Source: an uncultured Bacteroidales bacterium
GTDB lineage: Bacteria; Bacteroidota; Bacteroidia; Bacteroidales; JAIPAH01
Assembly (NCBI GenBank): GCA_964465045.1
Contig: CAYXJS010000002.1
Span: 1-60,259 of the forward strand
Length of the DNA: 60,259 bases
Direction of reading: 5' to 3'
Shown here in pieces: positions 45,836-55,654 of the stretch. Numbering within the stretch: position 1 is the stretch's first letter; every line of letters begins with the position of its first letter. The notes under the pieces are model-generated. The model did no database searches. It was not told where the DNA came from and was given only the letters and a program-made list of their open reading frames with translations. The translations under genes and the position numbers were made by a program.

Positions 45836-47848
45836 TTATTGCTCTGAAAGAATTTTTTCGTATGCTTGAATTTCATCGCGGTATTTTGCTGCTGCAATAA
45901 AATCCAATTCTTTTACGGCTTTCTCCATTTCTTTTTTGGATGTTTTTATGGCCTTTTTCAATTGGTCTTTATTCATATACTTTACCACAGGATCGGCTGC
46001 AGCGTCAGTTTGTTCCGGTCCGGCATAATACGGTTTTTCTTTTCCCGCACTCATATGCTGATTAAAAACCTGTTCGTGCGACTTAACAATAGGTTGCGGG
46101 GTTATATTGTGTTCTTCGTTATATTTAAGTTGTTTTTCTCTGCGCCGGTTGGTTTCGTCAATTGTCTTTTGCATAGATTCTGTAACTTTATCAGCATACA
46201 TAATCACCAAAGCGTTAAGATTACGGGCAGCTCTTCCTGCGGTTTGGGTTAATGAACGGGCTGAGCGAAGAAAACCTTCCTTGTCGGCATCTAATATGGC
46301 TACCAAAGAAACCTCGGGTAAATCAAGTCCTTCGCGCAGTAAATTAACGCCTACCAAAACATCGATAACGCCGGTGCGCAGGTTATGCATGATCTGTACG
46401 CGCTCCAGTGTTTCCACATCTGAATGAATGTATTGCGATTTAATATTTAAGTTTGAAAGATATTTTTGTAGCTCTTCGGCCATTCTTTTCGTAAGTGTTG
46501 TCACCAAAATCCGTTCTTGCTTCTGGATGCGACCGTAAATTTCTTCAAGCAGATCATCAATCTGACTTTGGCTGGGTCTTACTTCTATAATTGGGTCTAA
46601 AAGGCCTGTGGGGCGAATCACTTGTTCAACCACAACGCCTTCTGACATTTGCAGCTCATAGTCGCTGGGTGTAGCGCTTACAAACAATACCTGGTTTATA
46701 AGGCTTTCAAACTCTTCAAATTTCAGCGGCCGGTTATCCATGGCGCTGGGCAGGCGGAATCCGTACTCTACTAAATTTACTTTGCGCGAGCGGTCTCCGC
46801 CATACATAGCTCTGATTTGAGGAATGGTCACATGACTTTCATCAATCACTATCAAAAAATCATCCGGGAAATAATCAAGCAAACAGAACGGCCTTGAGCC
46901 TTGATTGCGTCCGTCAAAATAGCGGGAGTAATTTTCTATTCCAGAACAGTAGCCCAGCTCTTTCATCATTTCCAGGTCATACGTTACTCTGTCTTCAAGT
47001 CTTTTGGCCTCTAAATGCTTTCCATTTTCTTTAAAATAGGCTACCTGTCTTACCAAATCGTCTTGAATATCTCTTATGGCTTCCTGCATTTTGTCTTGTG
47101 AAGTTATAAAGATATTGGCGGGATATATTGTAAGGTCCTCATAACCCGTGACAATCTCTCCACTCTCAGGTTCAAATGATTCTATGGATTCAATTTCATC
47201 ACCCCACATGGAAATGCGATATGCTTCATCCGCATATGCGGGAAAAATATCGATAATATCTCCCTTTACCCTGAAATTTCCCCTGCTAAAATCGGCCTCT
47301 GTGCGGGAATACAAGCTTTCCACAAACCGGTGAAGCAATTGGTTACGGCTGATTTCCTGTCCTACAGTCAGGGAAATGACGTTACTGGTAAAGTCATCCG
47401 GATTACCAATACCATAAATAGATGATACAGAGGAAACCACAATAACATCCCGACGTCCCGATAACAGGGAGGAACTGGCGCTGAGACGCAACTTTTCAAT
47501 TTCTTCATTTATCGACAGGTCTTTTTCTATATACACATCCGTAGTAGGAAGGTAGGCCTCAGGTTGATAATAATCGTAATATGAAACAAAATATTCTACG
47601 GCATTATCCGGGAAAAACTGCTTGAACTCACTGTATAACTGAGCGGCCAGGGTTTTATTATGACTCATAACCAACACCGGCCGGTTGATTTGCTCAATGA
47701 CATTAGCCACCGTAAATGTTTTACCGGAGCCGGTGACCCCAAGTAAAGTTTGGGCAGTGTCGCCCCGTTGCAATCCTTCCGTAAGTTGCCTGATAGCGTC
47801 TGGTTGGTCGCCTGTAGGCTGAAAGTTTGATTTGATCTGAAATTTCAA
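45836..47848 (-). CDS. uvrB: Excinuclease ABC subunit B
   Basis: ...NFQPTGDQPDAIRQL..., Walker A GVTGSGKTFT, DESH box, helicase C motifs, and a C-terminal UVR motif (AAKYRDEI). The start codon is TTG at 47848, with no in-frame ATG nearby. Confidence 0.97.
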   Translation of the reverse strand: MKFQIKSNFQPTGDQPDAIRQLTEGLQRGDTAQTLLGVTGSGKTFTVANVIEQINRPVLVMSHNKTLAAQLYSEFKQFFPDNAVEYFVSYYDYYQPEAYLPTTDVYIEKDLSINEEIEKLRLSASSSLLSGRRDVIVVSSVSSIYGIGNPDDFTSNVISLTVGQEISRNQLLHRFVESLYSRTEADFSRGNFRVKGDIIDIFPAYADEAYRISMWGDEIESIESFEPESGEIVTGYEDLTIYPANIFITSQDKMQEAIRDIQDDLVRQVAYFKENGKHLEAKRLEDRVTYDLEMMKELGYCSGIENYSRYFDGRNQGSRPFCLLDYFPDDFLIVIDESHVTIPQIRAMYGGDRSRKVNLVEYGFRLPSAMDNRPLKFEEFESLINQVLFVSATPSDYELQMSEGVVVEQVIRPTGLLDPIIEVRPSQSQIDDLLEEIYGRIQKQERILVTTLTKRMAEELQKYLSNLNIKSQYIHSDVETLERVQIMHNLRTGVIDVLVGVNLLREGLDLPEVSLVAILDADKEGFLRSARSLTQTAGRAARNLNALVIMYADKVTESMQKTIDETNRRREKQLKYNEEHNITPQPIVKSHEQVFNQHMSAGKEKPYYAGPEQTDAAADPVVKYMNKDQLKKAIKTSKKEMEKAVKELDFIAAAKYRDEIQAYEKILSEQ

Positions 47849-47915
47849 ATTGGCTTCTTTTTGGCAAAATTATAAATTGTCTGATAAATAACCACTTTAC
47901 AACACAATACCAATG

Positions 47916-48989
47916 TTATTGTTTGCTGATGAGTGCGGTAACGGGAAAATGATCAGAAGCTGATTTTGAAATGCAGTTGTATGATAGCGTCCTGTATTTT
48001 TCATCATGTAAAATGTAATCTATCCGGATGGGAGGCAGGTTTTCGTTATGCGTGTTACTCATACCGGCCTTTTTATTCTTTTTAAAGGTATCTTTTAAAC
48101 CGGCGCGTCTGATTTGATGATACGCATATGACATCGGTGTGTCATTAAAGTCTCCCCCCAGTATGACCGGGTAAGGAGACGATTCAATATGCGATGTCAA
48201 AACCCGGACTTCTGCGGTTCGGGTTTGATACCCCAGTTTGAGTTTGCGAATGATACTGGAGGCTTGTTTTTGCGATTCCGGATCATTTAAATGAATGCCC
48301 TGATCAAAAATGGATTTTTCTTTGTCCAGATAATTGGAGGCCAACTGCAAGTTATAAATCCTCAGCGTATCATTTTCAATCAACAAATCGGAATAAAGCG
48401 CAAAAACCCCGCCTTTGCTAGAAAGGAAACCTTCTTTTACAGAGGGGAACCGTGAAGCAGTATGTAAGTTGCTCTTTTCATGATGATTGACCGTCTTTGT
48501 GCTTTGCAGACTGGGATAAGACTGAATATATGAATTAAATTCTTGCGGGCTAAGGTGGAGCTCCTGAAACAAAAGTATATCGGCGTTTATACTGGCTGTA
48601 ATATTAAAAACCTCAGCCTGCGAAGTGAGATGCTTATTACCCGATGTGGATTGCACATTGTAAGACATTACCCGGAAGCTACTGTCGGGTACAGTCTTTT
48701 CCGATTCGGGGAAAATACGAATATGATTACCGATGTGATTCCACCCTAAAAGTATAATTACAAGTGATATAAGGAGAAATCGACTCCAAAAGACTAACCA
48801 GAAAAGGGCGAAAATCACATTGATTGCCAGAAAAACCGGATAACCCAGGCCTATTAACCCTATCGGCCAGAAAAAGTCAGCCGCAAGGTGAGGCGCCATA
48901 TAGCTAAGAAGCAAAAGCAGCGCAAAAAAGGCATTAATCCGGGATAAGATGCCTTTCAATATCCGGTTATGTACAGACTGCTTTTTCAT
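47916..48989 (-). CDS. Membrane-anchored endonuclease/exonuclease/phosphatase (EEP) family protein
   Basis: About 4 N-terminal TM helices, then the EEP core (VMSYNV, ILLFQE, GGDFNDT, DYILHD...SDHFPV). Paralog of the next gene. Confidence 0.85.
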   Translation of the reverse strand: MKKQSVHNRILKGILSRINAFFALLLLLSYMAPHLAADFFWPIGLIGLGYPVFLAINVIFALFWLVFWSRFLLISLVIILLGWNHIGNHIRIFPESEKTVPDSSFRVMSYNVQSTSGNKHLTSQAEVFNITASINADILLFQELHLSPQEFNSYIQSYPSLQSTKTVNHHEKSNLHTASRFPSVKEGFLSSKGGVFALYSDLLIENDTLRIYNLQLASNYLDKEKSIFDQGIHLNDPESQKQASSIIRKLKLGYQTRTAEVRVLTSHIESSPYPVILGGDFNDTPMSYAYHQIRRAGLKDTFKKNKKAGMSNTHNENLPPIRIDYILHDEKYRTLSYNCISKSASDHFPVTALISKQ

Positions 48990-49088
48990 TTGCTACATTT
49001 TCCTGCTTTTGCCTTGATTATATCATGCTAAATTATGTTTTCCGGGGCTTTTGCCGTCACCAGTTGTTTTTTTCAATAATCTCAAATC

Positions 49089-50237
49089 CTATCTGTTTAA
49101 TTGTTTTTGAAAAGTCAATACCGTACTTACAGGATAATGATCTGAATAAGGTAGCGAATACGTGTTAAACCAGTGTGATTTAAAATGATCATCATAAAAA
49201 ATATAATCTATCCTAAAGTAAGGCAAACCGTCACGGAATGTTTTTCCAAAACCTTTTCCATGAGCCAGGAATGCATCATCTAATTCCTCATTAATCAACT
49301 TATAGGTATAAGATAGCGGTGTCCCGTTAAAATCACCGCATAGAATAGTAGGATAAGGTGAATCCGAGATTATTGCTTCCAGCTCTCGAGCCTGAACAGC
49401 CCTCTTCATAAAGGCATTTTCTATTTTCCAATACATGTTTTTAATGTCTTGTTTTACAGTATCACTTCTGACTCCATGTGATTTGACATCCTCCATCAGC
49501 GCCAGATCTGCTTTCTCAAAATGCCAGGATTCCATGTGAGTGTTGATAATGCGTAAAGTATCTTTTTCGTATAAAATATCAGTTAAAATACAATAATTTC
49601 CGGCGCTGTTATGAAATTGATGCCGTTGGCGGTTAATGACCGGATAAGCTGAAAAGGTAGCAATACCCCAGTGATGCTCTTTGCGAAGCGTTTGAAAGAA
49701 ATCCACATGGTATTCACGTGCCGGCAGAACCTGCAGTAATGAATCAACGACAGCTATTGTGCCTGTATCTTCAGTATAAAATTCCTGTAAACATAGTATG
49801 TCGGGTTTATTGTTGCCCAGGAACTGATAAATCTTTTGGTGAGTATTGTTTGAGGGGTCATTTCTGTATCTGTAAATATCAAAAAGCTTTACATTGTAGG
49901 TCATAACGTGAATACCGGTATCAGGTCTTTCCGGAGTGGATTTTATCCGGGGCTGGAATGTGTGGCCAATATGATTCCATCCGACAATGATGGCTAACAA
50001 AGAGAAAACCAGGAACATTTTTTTTCTCAAAAGCCAAAATATGACGAAAAGTATATTTAAAATAAGCCAGAATGGGTAGGTTAGTCCGAAAAAAACAGGA
50101 ATCAAAGTCGTTAAAGGACTCACATGATATCCGGCATAAGAAATCAGCAGCCCGGCAATAGCCAGCAGATTCAGTACTTTTAAAAAGACTGAAAACCAAC
50201 CTGATGACTTATTCTCTTGGTTTTGATTATAATACAT
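49089..50237 (-). CDS. Membrane-anchored EEP family protein (paralog of 47916..48989)
   Basis: N-terminal TM block ending ...GWNHIGH, as in the paralog, and EEP motifs VMTYNV, ILCLQE, CGDFNGT, DYIFYD...SDHYPV. Track ORF trimmed to ATG 50237 (MYYNQNQ...) because the 41-codon extension overlaps the rhomboid gene end. Confidence 0.85.
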   Translation of the reverse strand: MYYNQNQENKSSGWFSVFLKVLNLLAIAGLLISYAGYHVSPLTTLIPVFFGLTYPFWLILNILFVIFWLLRKKMFLVFSLLAIIVGWNHIGHTFQPRIKSTPERPDTGIHVMTYNVKLFDIYRYRNDPSNNTHQKIYQFLGNNKPDILCLQEFYTEDTGTIAVVDSLLQVLPAREYHVDFFQTLRKEHHWGIATFSAYPVINRQRHQFHNSAGNYCILTDILYEKDTLRIINTHMESWHFEKADLALMEDVKSHGVRSDTVKQDIKNMYWKIENAFMKRAVQARELEAIISDSPYPTILCGDFNGTPLSYTYKLINEELDDAFLAHGKGFGKTFRDGLPYFRIDYIFYDDHFKSHWFNTYSLPYSDHYPVSTVLTFQKQLNR

Positions 50238-50238
50238 T

Positions 50239-51162
50239 TTATTGTTTGCTGTTTCTGAAAAGGATTTCTTTTTCTTCTTTAGTGAGACTTTGATACCCTG
50301 AGCGGGATATCTTTTCAAGGATCTCGTCCATACGTTTTTGGTTTTGAACCTTTCGGGCATTGTATTCCTCGTCGGTCATGGGTTTACGGTTAACATAAAC
50401 ATCCTCGAAATGATGTCTTTTTTTGGATGTAAACCTGATTTTTGGCCATTTGATGCGATCAAAAAACGTAGCCAGGTCTTTGCCTTTCTTCAGGTTACGG
50501 GCGTACAGAAAACCCCATACTGCGCCGCCCAAATGCGCAATGTGTCCGCCTGCATTCCCGCTCTGGATACTAAAAATATCAATCACAATAAAAATAATGG
50601 CGATGTATTTTAGCTGCATCCTGCCAAAGAGAAACAAAACAACACTATATTCAGGTACATATGTAGCAATGGCAATCAGGATACCCAAAACAGAAGCCGA
50701 TGAACCTAAAGCAAGGGCATACGGCAGCGAATCAGAAAAAACCGGAAAAACATTAAAGGCAAGAATAAAAAAGGCTGCCCCGAAAAGTCCGCTGAAGATA
50801 TATGTTTTTAACAATTGCTTTTCAGTGAGGTATTCTATAAAAATCCGGCCGCCAAAATATAAAATGATCAAATTAAAAAGCAAATGAAAAAACCCTTCCT
50901 GAAGGAACATGTAGGTAATTAACGTCCAGGGCCTGCCAATCAGTTGAGATATTTCAGAAGGAACAGAAAGCCAGTATGTTATTGTGCTTATGTTAGCCAC
51001 ATCAGATGTGCTGCTGGCTTCAAACAGAAACAGAAACAGATTAATGATGTAGACGACAGCAAAAACCATCAGGTTTATAAGTATAAGCTTGGACAACAAA
51101 GACTTGCTCTTTATAAACGTAACAAAGTTTTCTAATGGTGAATTTGTATTGCGGTACATCAT
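50239..51162 (-). CDS. Rhomboid-family intramembrane serine protease
   Basis: Rhomboid core (HLLFNLIILYFGG, GSSASVLG Ser motif, AHLGGAVWGF His motif). Charged C-terminal tail ending ...ISRSGYQSLTKEEKEILF. Confidence 0.85.
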   Translation of the reverse strand: MMYRNTNSPLENFVTFIKSKSLLSKLILINLMVFAVVYIINLFLFLFEASSTSDVANISTITYWLSVPSEISQLIGRPWTLITYMFLQEGFFHLLFNLIILYFGGRIFIEYLTEKQLLKTYIFSGLFGAAFFILAFNVFPVFSDSLPYALALGSSASVLGILIAIATYVPEYSVVLFLFGRMQLKYIAIIFIVIDIFSIQSGNAGGHIAHLGGAVWGFLYARNLKKGKDLATFFDRIKWPKIRFTSKKRHHFEDVYVNRKPMTDEEYNARKVQNQKRMDEILEKISRSGYQSLTKEEKEILFRNSKQ

Positions 51163-51163
51163 G

Positions 51164-52009
51164 TTAATAAAGTTTGTTGGTATATTTCCAATATTTCAAC
51201 ATCAAAAACCCAAAAAGCATACCTCCAAGGTGTGCGAAGTGTGCCACGTTTCCGCCGGTATTGGCAAACCCTGAATAGAGTTCAATGGCGCCGTATATGA
51301 TTACAAAATACTTTGCTTTTATGGGAAAGGCAAAATAAATGTAGAGCACAGCATTGGGGAAAAGCATCCCAAAAGCCAGCAATATCCCAAATACCGCTCC
51401 GGAGGCGCCAACTACTACAGGCTGGTTCAGAAATGTAGTACGGTATTGGCTCATATAATCCACAGCCATCTGCAGTGCTTTATGCCTGTTAGTTGCTACC
51501 ATATTGTTAAATTCATTCCAGAATGCATTGAACTCGTTTTGGATTTCATAAGAAATCATCTGAAAATGCTCTGAATTGACAAAAGCCTTAAAGTCAGAAA
51601 TGGAAGGATCTGCCTGAAACTCTTCTATGGCTTGCAAAACCGGTGATACTTCAATATAAAAAACAATATAGTGAACTAAAGCCGCCCCGATTCCGGTAAT
51701 AAAATAATAGACCAAAAAACGAGTAGGCCCCCAGATATTTTCCAAAATACGACCAAACATCCACAGCGCAAACATATTGAAAAAGATATGTGTAAAACCG
51801 CCGTGCATAAACATGTAGGTTATGAACTGGTAAGGGACAAATTTTTCCGCAGCAAAATAATGCAGTCCCAGGCGGTCGATTAAGTCAATACTAAAGGCAT
51901 TCTGGAATGTAATGGTTGCCAGGAAGAATATCCCGTTAAGGATTAACAGATTTTTAATCACGGGAGGAAGCAGGCTCCAACCTCCGGGTCTGAACGATTC
52001 TTGATTCAT
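51164..52009 (-). CDS. Rhomboid-family intramembrane serine protease with a large insertion before the catalytic Ser helix
   Basis: HIFFNMFALWMFG, GASGAVFG (GxSG) and AHLGGMLFGF. About 75 hydrophilic residues (51422-51658) separate the third helix from the GxSG helix. Confidence 0.88.
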   Translation of the reverse strand: MNQESFRPGGWSLLPPVIKNLLILNGIFFLATITFQNAFSIDLIDRLGLHYFAAEKFVPYQFITYMFMHGGFTHIFFNMFALWMFGRILENIWGPTRFLVYYFITGIGAALVHYIVFYIEVSPVLQAIEEFQADPSISDFKAFVNSEHFQMISYEIQNEFNAFWNEFNNMVATNRHKALQMAVDYMSQYRTTFLNQPVVVGASGAVFGILLAFGMLFPNAVLYIYFAFPIKAKYFVIIYGAIELYSGFANTGGNVAHFAHLGGMLFGFLMLKYWKYTNKLY

Positions 52010-52016
52010 TTTTTAC

Positions 52017-53858
52017 CTATTTAAATTTTTCTTCAATTTCATCCGGCGAAATAATGGCCACCGTTTTTTTCCCTGATGGAGATTTATCGGGCACCTGGCA
52101 AGCAAACAAGCTATTAATCAGGTTTTTCATCTCTTCTGTGGTTAGCGCTTTCCCTGCCTTAATAGCCATATTCCCTGCCATGGCCCATGCCAGACTGATT
52201 TGCCGGTCGTTTTCAAGCGCCTGGTAATTCATTTTGTAGCTCTCAAGCATGCTGTCTAAAAATGCATTTGCATCTTCCTTCTCATTTAAATCATCAGGCA
52301 ACCCGTTTATTACGTAAGTGTTTTTTGTGACCTGCTTAATATCAAAACCGGTGTAAGCCAGATAATCTTTGAGTTCCTCAACAATTTCAGCATCTTCACC
52401 TGAAAAAGTAACATTTTGCGGGAATAATTGTTGCTGGCTTCCTTTTCGTCTGTTTTTTAATTGCTTGAGGAATTTTTCATATAAAATACGCTCATGAGCA
52501 GCTTGCTGGTCTATAAGCATGAGGCCTGACTTAACTACGCTGGCTATATACCTGCCGGAAACCTGCATTATAGTTTCATTATTTCCGCTGCTGCTAAAGT
52601 CGGCACTCACAGTTGTTCCCAATTCAGCGTTGTTAGCTTCTTCTTGCTGCTCAAAGGTTGTTTTTGTGGTTAGTTTATATAATTCCGTCCAGTTTTCACG
52701 GTTTCGTTTTTGCCTGAATTCATCCATTTGCTTTTGTGTGCCCTGAGTATTCCTGAAAGGGTTGTATTCAGGATCAACATGAATGCCCGGTGGTTGTATC
52801 CTGGAAGGGTCTTTAGGCGGCCTCAGGTCCATGGTTTGTTCTGTGTCGAAATCTATGCTGGGGGAGAGGTTAAAGCGGCCTATACCTTCTTTTACTACCG
52901 ACATCAAAACGCTGTAGAGCGCAGCGCCATCCTGAAAATTTACTTCCGTTTTTGTAGGATGGATATTAATATCAATTCGTTCCGGTGGAACCTCAAAGAA
53001 AATAAAATAGGTAGGATAATACCCTTCCGGGAGCAGTTCCTGGAAAGCTTTATTCACAGCATGATGAAAATAAGGGTGACGTATAAACCGTTTGTTGACG
53101 AAGAAATATTGCTCACCGCGTTTTTTGCGTGCATACTCCGGTTTACCGATGTAACCCGTAATTTTTGCCATGGATGTCTCCGATTGTATAGGTACAATTT
53201 TTTTATTGAACGAAGCGCCAAAAACATCTACAACACGTTTCTTCAGGGAGGTTTTATCCAATTTGTATACAGGCGACTGATTATGAATAAGGCTGAAGCG
53301 TATCTCCGGATATACCAGGGTGATCCGCTGAAATTCCTCTAATATGTGGCGATATTCGGCATTTTCGCTTTTCAGAAAATTCCTTCGTGCAGGAACATTG
53401 TAAAACAAATTTTTAACACGAATGGTCGTTCCTGTAGCTGCTGCTGAGGGTTGTTGCTCTTTCACCTCAGAGCCTTCAATTCGGAGCAATGTAGCCATTT
53501 CATCGGAGGTTCTGCGCGAAAGAATATCCAGGTGCGAGATAGCAGCTACCGATGCCAGCGCTTCACCGCGAAATCCCATCGTATGTATCGAAAACAAATC
53601 ATCGGCTTTCCGGATTTTTGAGGTAGCATGGCGTTCGATGCTCATGCGTGCATCGGTTTCAGACATACCGGCTCCGTTATCGGTTACCTGTATCAGGGTT
53701 TTACCCGCATCTTTTATAATCAATTCTATATCATCGCTGCCGGCATCTATCGCATTTTCCATCAGTTCTTTCACTACGGAGGCCGGACGTTGAATCACTT
53801 CTCCTGCAGCTATCTGATTGGCAACATTATCAGGCAATAACTGAATGATATCGGGCAT
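52017..53858 (-). CDS. mutL: DNA mismatch repair protein MutL
   Basis: IQLLPDNVANQIAAGEVIQRPASVVKELMENAIDAG...DNGAGM...GFRGEAL: canonical GHKL N-terminus, with a C-terminal dimerisation region. Confidence 0.97.
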   Translation of the reverse strand: MPDIIQLLPDNVANQIAAGEVIQRPASVVKELMENAIDAGSDDIELIIKDAGKTLIQVTDNGAGMSETDARMSIERHATSKIRKADDLFSIHTMGFRGEALASVAAISHLDILSRRTSDEMATLLRIEGSEVKEQQPSAAATGTTIRVKNLFYNVPARRNFLKSENAEYRHILEEFQRITLVYPEIRFSLIHNQSPVYKLDKTSLKKRVVDVFGASFNKKIVPIQSETSMAKITGYIGKPEYARKKRGEQYFFVNKRFIRHPYFHHAVNKAFQELLPEGYYPTYFIFFEVPPERIDINIHPTKTEVNFQDGAALYSVLMSVVKEGIGRFNLSPSIDFDTEQTMDLRPPKDPSRIQPPGIHVDPEYNPFRNTQGTQKQMDEFRQKRNRENWTELYKLTTKTTFEQQEEANNAELGTTVSADFSSSGNNETIMQVSGRYIASVVKSGLMLIDQQAAHERILYEKFLKQLKNRRKGSQQQLFPQNVTFSGEDAEIVEELKDYLAYTGFDIKQVTKNTYVINGLPDDLNEKEDANAFLDSMLESYKMNYQALENDRQISLAWAMAGNMAIKAGKALTTEEMKNLINSLFACQVPDKSPSGKKTVAIISPDEIEEKFK

Positions 53859-53876
53859 TTCAGGGAATTTTCCTTT

Positions 53877-54125
53877 TTATCCAAAAATTAAAAATAACAA
53901 TAGCGCTACAATTACAAAGTAAACCAAAGTGGTGGTATTCGATTTCCGCTTGGCTTTTCGGTGCCATTTCCGGGATATCTCTTCCCGCAACCTTTCCCCG
54001 CTGTCAGAGAGTCTTTGTTCTCTGGCACGGCGACGCGCTTCCAGCGCTTCTTTTTCCGGATCGAAATACCGTGGCTTGTACGTAAATGTACGCGGTTTTC
54101 GGGTATTAAACATTACAATTTTCAT
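53877..54125 (-). CDS. Small basic protein with C-terminal TM helix (hypothetical)
   Basis: 82 aa with an Arg/Lys-rich N-terminal two-thirds, then TTLVYFVIVALLLFLIFG. Same strand as mutL and 18 nt upstream of it. No family recognised. Confidence 0.5.
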   Translation of the reverse strand: MKIVMFNTRKPRTFTYKPRYFDPEKEALEARRRAREQRLSDSGERLREEISRKWHRKAKRKSNTTTLVYFVIVALLLFLIFG

Positions 54126-54334
54126 AACACTGCCATTTTAATGCAAAGGTATTATAAAATTACCTTTTTGGCACATGTTGGTCAGTGTGCAGGAAAGATT
54201 TTATCGGGGTTAATCTTGATAGCTTATGGTTGAAAAACATTCGTTGCACGATTAAATTGTTTTATGATATCTATTCGCCATGTCTTATTTATGTGTGTAA
54301 AAGATTGTAAAAATTCCAAAGAATGTTGACCTTT

Positions 54335-54495
54335 GCATCAGAATTCGGGAATCCGGTGCGTACTGAATGAATACAAATCCGGAGCTGTACCCGCAACTGT
54401 TATCACCGTTACTGTATTTGCTAAATACCACTTTTGAGCGTCAAAGGGAAGGTGCAGGTATGAAGGTGTAAGCCAGGATAACGAATTCATAAACA
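54335..54495 (+). promoter_or_regulatory. Cobalamin (B12) riboswitch
   Basis: P1 pairing gaattcg (54341-54347) with cgaattc (54482-54488). Conserved core GGGAATCCGGTG...AAATCCGGAGCTGTACCCGCAACTGT and a B12-box-like GTAAGCCAGGA. It sits 30-40 nt upstream of a BtuF-like gene. Confidence 0.85.
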
Positions 54496-54526
54496 AACAT
54501 GCTTTCGGGATGAAAAGCGCAACACC

Positions 54527-55654
54527 ATGAAACAATACTTGATTTTACCGATTTTCCTTTTTTTGATGATTTTCATTTCCTGTTCTCCCGGCGAAAATCA
54601 GGACAATACCAAAAAAGCTACAGCGCCTCATAAGTTTGCTCAACTTTTTGTCATTGATACCCTCAAAGGGTTTCCTCTTATTACCTTGAAAAGCCCGTGG
54701 AACAATGATGCAGTAGAAGCCAAATTATGGATGGTGGATCATGCTTCGCAAATACCTGATACACTACCTGAGGACGTACAAATTATCCGAACACCGGTAA
54801 GATCTGTTAGTGTGATGTCCGGCACTGATGTTGCCTTTCTTGATTTACTCGGAGAACTTGATAAAGTGAAAGCGGTTGGCGAATTTAAACTTATAAAGAA
54901 CCCGGTTCTAAGACACCGGATTGAACAGGGAGAGATAAAAGAGACCGGCACAAACGGAGCCTTTAAAGAAGAACAGTTCCTGACTGTTAATCCTGATGTT
55001 GCTTTTATTACATCCTATCAAAACCAATCTGTTGAAAAACTGAAGCGTTTGGGTATAAAGGTTATACCTGTATCCGGATATATGGAAAACCATCCGCTGG
55101 GCAGAGCTGCATGGCTTCGGTTTTTTAGCTGTTTCTTTAACAAGGAAAAGCTTGCAGACAGCCTTTTTCAGCAAACTGCAAGAAAGTATTATGCACTTAA
55201 GCGTATGACAGACAGTCTCAGTAATAAACCCACCATATTTTCAGGCAAGACCTATGGAGGTATCTGGTATCAGCCGGGTGGAAGAAGTTTTATTGCAAAA
55301 TTATTTAAGGATGCAGGTTTGGATTATTTATGGCAATCCAACACGTCAGCAGGTGGCGTACCCTTAGATTTTGAAACGGTATATTCACGTGCAGCCAATG
55401 CCGATTTCTGGAGATTGGTAGTGAAACATCCTGGAAAATTCAGTTACAACAAATTATTACAAGAGGATCCGCGTTATGAAGATTTTAAAGCTTTTAGAGA
55501 AAGAAAAATCATCATGGTGAATGTGGCTGATGTAGATTATTATGAAAAAGCGCCAACGGAACCGGATGTTATTTTGGCTGATTTGATTCATGCCGTTCAT
55601 CCGGGCCTGCTAAAGGATTATGAGCCGGTGTATTACAAAATATTACAGCCATGA
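54527..55654 (+). CDS. ABC transporter periplasmic substrate-binding protein (BtuF/FhuD-type, Peripla_BP_2-like), lipoprotein
   Basis: Signal with lipobox FISCS. Two-lobe binding-protein pattern (RSVSVMSGTDVAFLDLLG...VNPDVAFITSY...). Riboswitch upstream, and ATGA overlap with the permease gene. Confidence 0.8.
   Translation: MKQYLILPIFLFLMIFISCSPGENQDNTKKATAPHKFAQLFVIDTLKGFPLITLKSPWNNDAVEAKLWMVDHASQIPDTLPEDVQIIRTPVRSVSVMSGTDVAFLDLLGELDKVKAVGEFKLIKNPVLRHRIEQGEIKETGTNGAFKEEQFLTVNPDVAFITSYQNQSVEKLKRLGIKVIPVSGYMENHPLGRAAWLRFFSCFFNKEKLADSLFQQTARKYYALKRMTDSLSNKPTIFSGKTYGGIWYQPGGRSFIAKLFKDAGLDYLWQSNTSAGGVPLDFETVYSRAANADFWRLVVKHPGKFSYNKLLQEDPRYEDFKAFRERKIIMVNVADVDYYEKAPTEPDVILADLIHAVHPGLLKDYEPVYYKILQP

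Noticed and set aside
54338-54535. 65-aa minus-strand ORF.
   Set aside because: It coincides with the cobalamin riboswitch and the 5' end of the BtuF-like gene, and its peptide has no features. The RNA element explains the conservation-like structure.
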